DNA of 63,891 nucleotides, the filler included, from Vicugna vicugna (taxonomy: Eukaryota), in assembly GCA_013265495.1 (NCBI GenBank). It is 78 parts of 76 records of this genome, joined end to end, with 100 filler letters (N's around TTAATTAATTAA, not from the genome) between each part and the next. Parts side by side here need not be neighbours in the genome. Positions count along the whole stretch, not along the records: positions 62,973 to 63,599 come from MU059329.1; positions 63,700 to 63,891 come from MU059356.1; 76 more parts are not named here. One strand, 5' to 3'. The notes under the pieces are model-generated. The model did not search any database and had not been told where the DNA came from. It saw only the letters and a program-made list of their open reading frames with translations. The stretch's first letter is position 1, and the number at the start of each line of letters is the position of its first letter. Positions 62,973-63,891 of the stretch are shown one piece after another. The position numbers were made by a program, and so were the translations under genes.

Positions 62973-63599
62973 GTGCGTGGGGGAGCTCGAGAGACAACTC
63001 CACGCAGCTCTCTTCAGTCACAGGTGTTCCCTGTTCGGGGAAGTCCGAGAAATACCTTCCCTGACCTTGGGGAGGCAGCCTCTGTCACTGGGATATCCTG
63101 CAAACCCCCCTAGCATTCCCTGGCACAGAGACATTAGGAAAACCCTCAGGGGAGACGAGCTTAGGCTTTCCGTTAGAACCCAACTGCGAAACAATTGTCA
63201 GTGCGTGGGGGAGTTCGAGAGACAACTCCACGCAGCTCTCTTCAGTCACAGGTGTTCCCTGATTGGGAAAGTCTGAGAAATACCTTCCCTGACTATGGGG
63301 AACCAGCCTCTGTCACTGGAGTATCATGCAAACCCCCCTAGAATTCCCTGGCAGAGAGACATTAGGAAAACCCTCAGGGGAGACGAGCTTAGGCTTTCCG
63401 TTAGAACCCACGCGCTACCGACCGATGGTGGAACATCCCCACGCTCAGGATTCCGGAACCATTGTCAGTGCGTGGGGGAGTTCAAGAGACATCTCCACGC
63501 AGCTCTCTTCAGTCACAGGTGTTCCCTGTTCGGAGAAGTATGAGAAATAACTTCCATGATCATGGGGAGGCAGCCTCTGTCACTGGGATATCCTGCAAA
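62973..63599 (+). repeat. SatA satellite (228-bp variant plus 267-bp monomer)
   Basis: GTGCGTGGGGGAG occurs at 62973, 63201 and 63468. Confidence 0.95.
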
Positions 63600-63699
63600 N
63601 NNNNNNNNNNNNNNNNNNNNNNNNNNNNNNNNNNNNNNNNNNNTTAATTAATTAANNNNNNNNNNNNNNNNNNNNNNNNNNNNNNNNNNNNNNNNNNNN

Positions 63700-63891
63700 A
63701 GAAGCAACCAAGTCAAAGTAAATATTTCAAAGTGCATTGGTAACATGCTTGGTGGTTGTAACATCTGTCATGCGCATCTTCACAACTCAGAAATGCATGT
63801 TTGAGAAATCCGTGATGCATGAAACATGTTCAGAATACGGAATGCCATGGTTATGTAAAAAATGTAAATTCATGTGTGTTGGTGGAGATTC
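63700..63891 (-). repeat. SatB satellite fragment
   Basis: Shared SatB motifs. Confidence 0.9.

Noticed and set aside
731..63699. Regularly recurring TTAATTAATTAA between unique segments (CRISPR-like or cassette-like appearance)
   Set aside because: It is always flanked by exactly 44 N on each side. It is a synthetic joining linker, so neighbouring scaffolds have no biological adjacency.

Overview
This is not one contiguous locus. It is an artificial concatenation of about 78 short (about 0.07-1.5 kb) unplaced mammalian scaffolds, joined by a fixed 100-bp linker (N44-TTAATTAATTAA-N44, stops in all six frames), with many internal N gaps. A Vic-1-like SINE remnant and the L1 3' ends point to a camelid. 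Nearly half of the scaffolds are satellite DNA from five families: a CpG-rich 267-bp satellite (SatA); a CpG-depleted ~260-bp relative (SatA'); a CATG-rich satellite of ~247-bp subunits in a ~740-bp trimer (SatB); a ~248-bp satellite colinear-homologous to the SatB subunit (SatD); and a heptamer (GAATATA) satellite with a 63-bp higher-order period (SatC). The rest is L1/L2/MIR debris, unassigned sequence and a few genic pieces: a TRAV24-like T-cell receptor V gene (leader, V exon, RSS heptamer), two exons of a diverged DISP3/PTCHD2 copy, an NLRP3-type LRR exon 5 nt shorter than the canonical 171 nt, an Ala/Pro-rich candidate exon, and two cases of paralogous multi-copy sequence. No multi-gene system can be inferred, because adjacency between scaffolds is meaningless. 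The best leads are satellite relationships and diverged gene duplicates.
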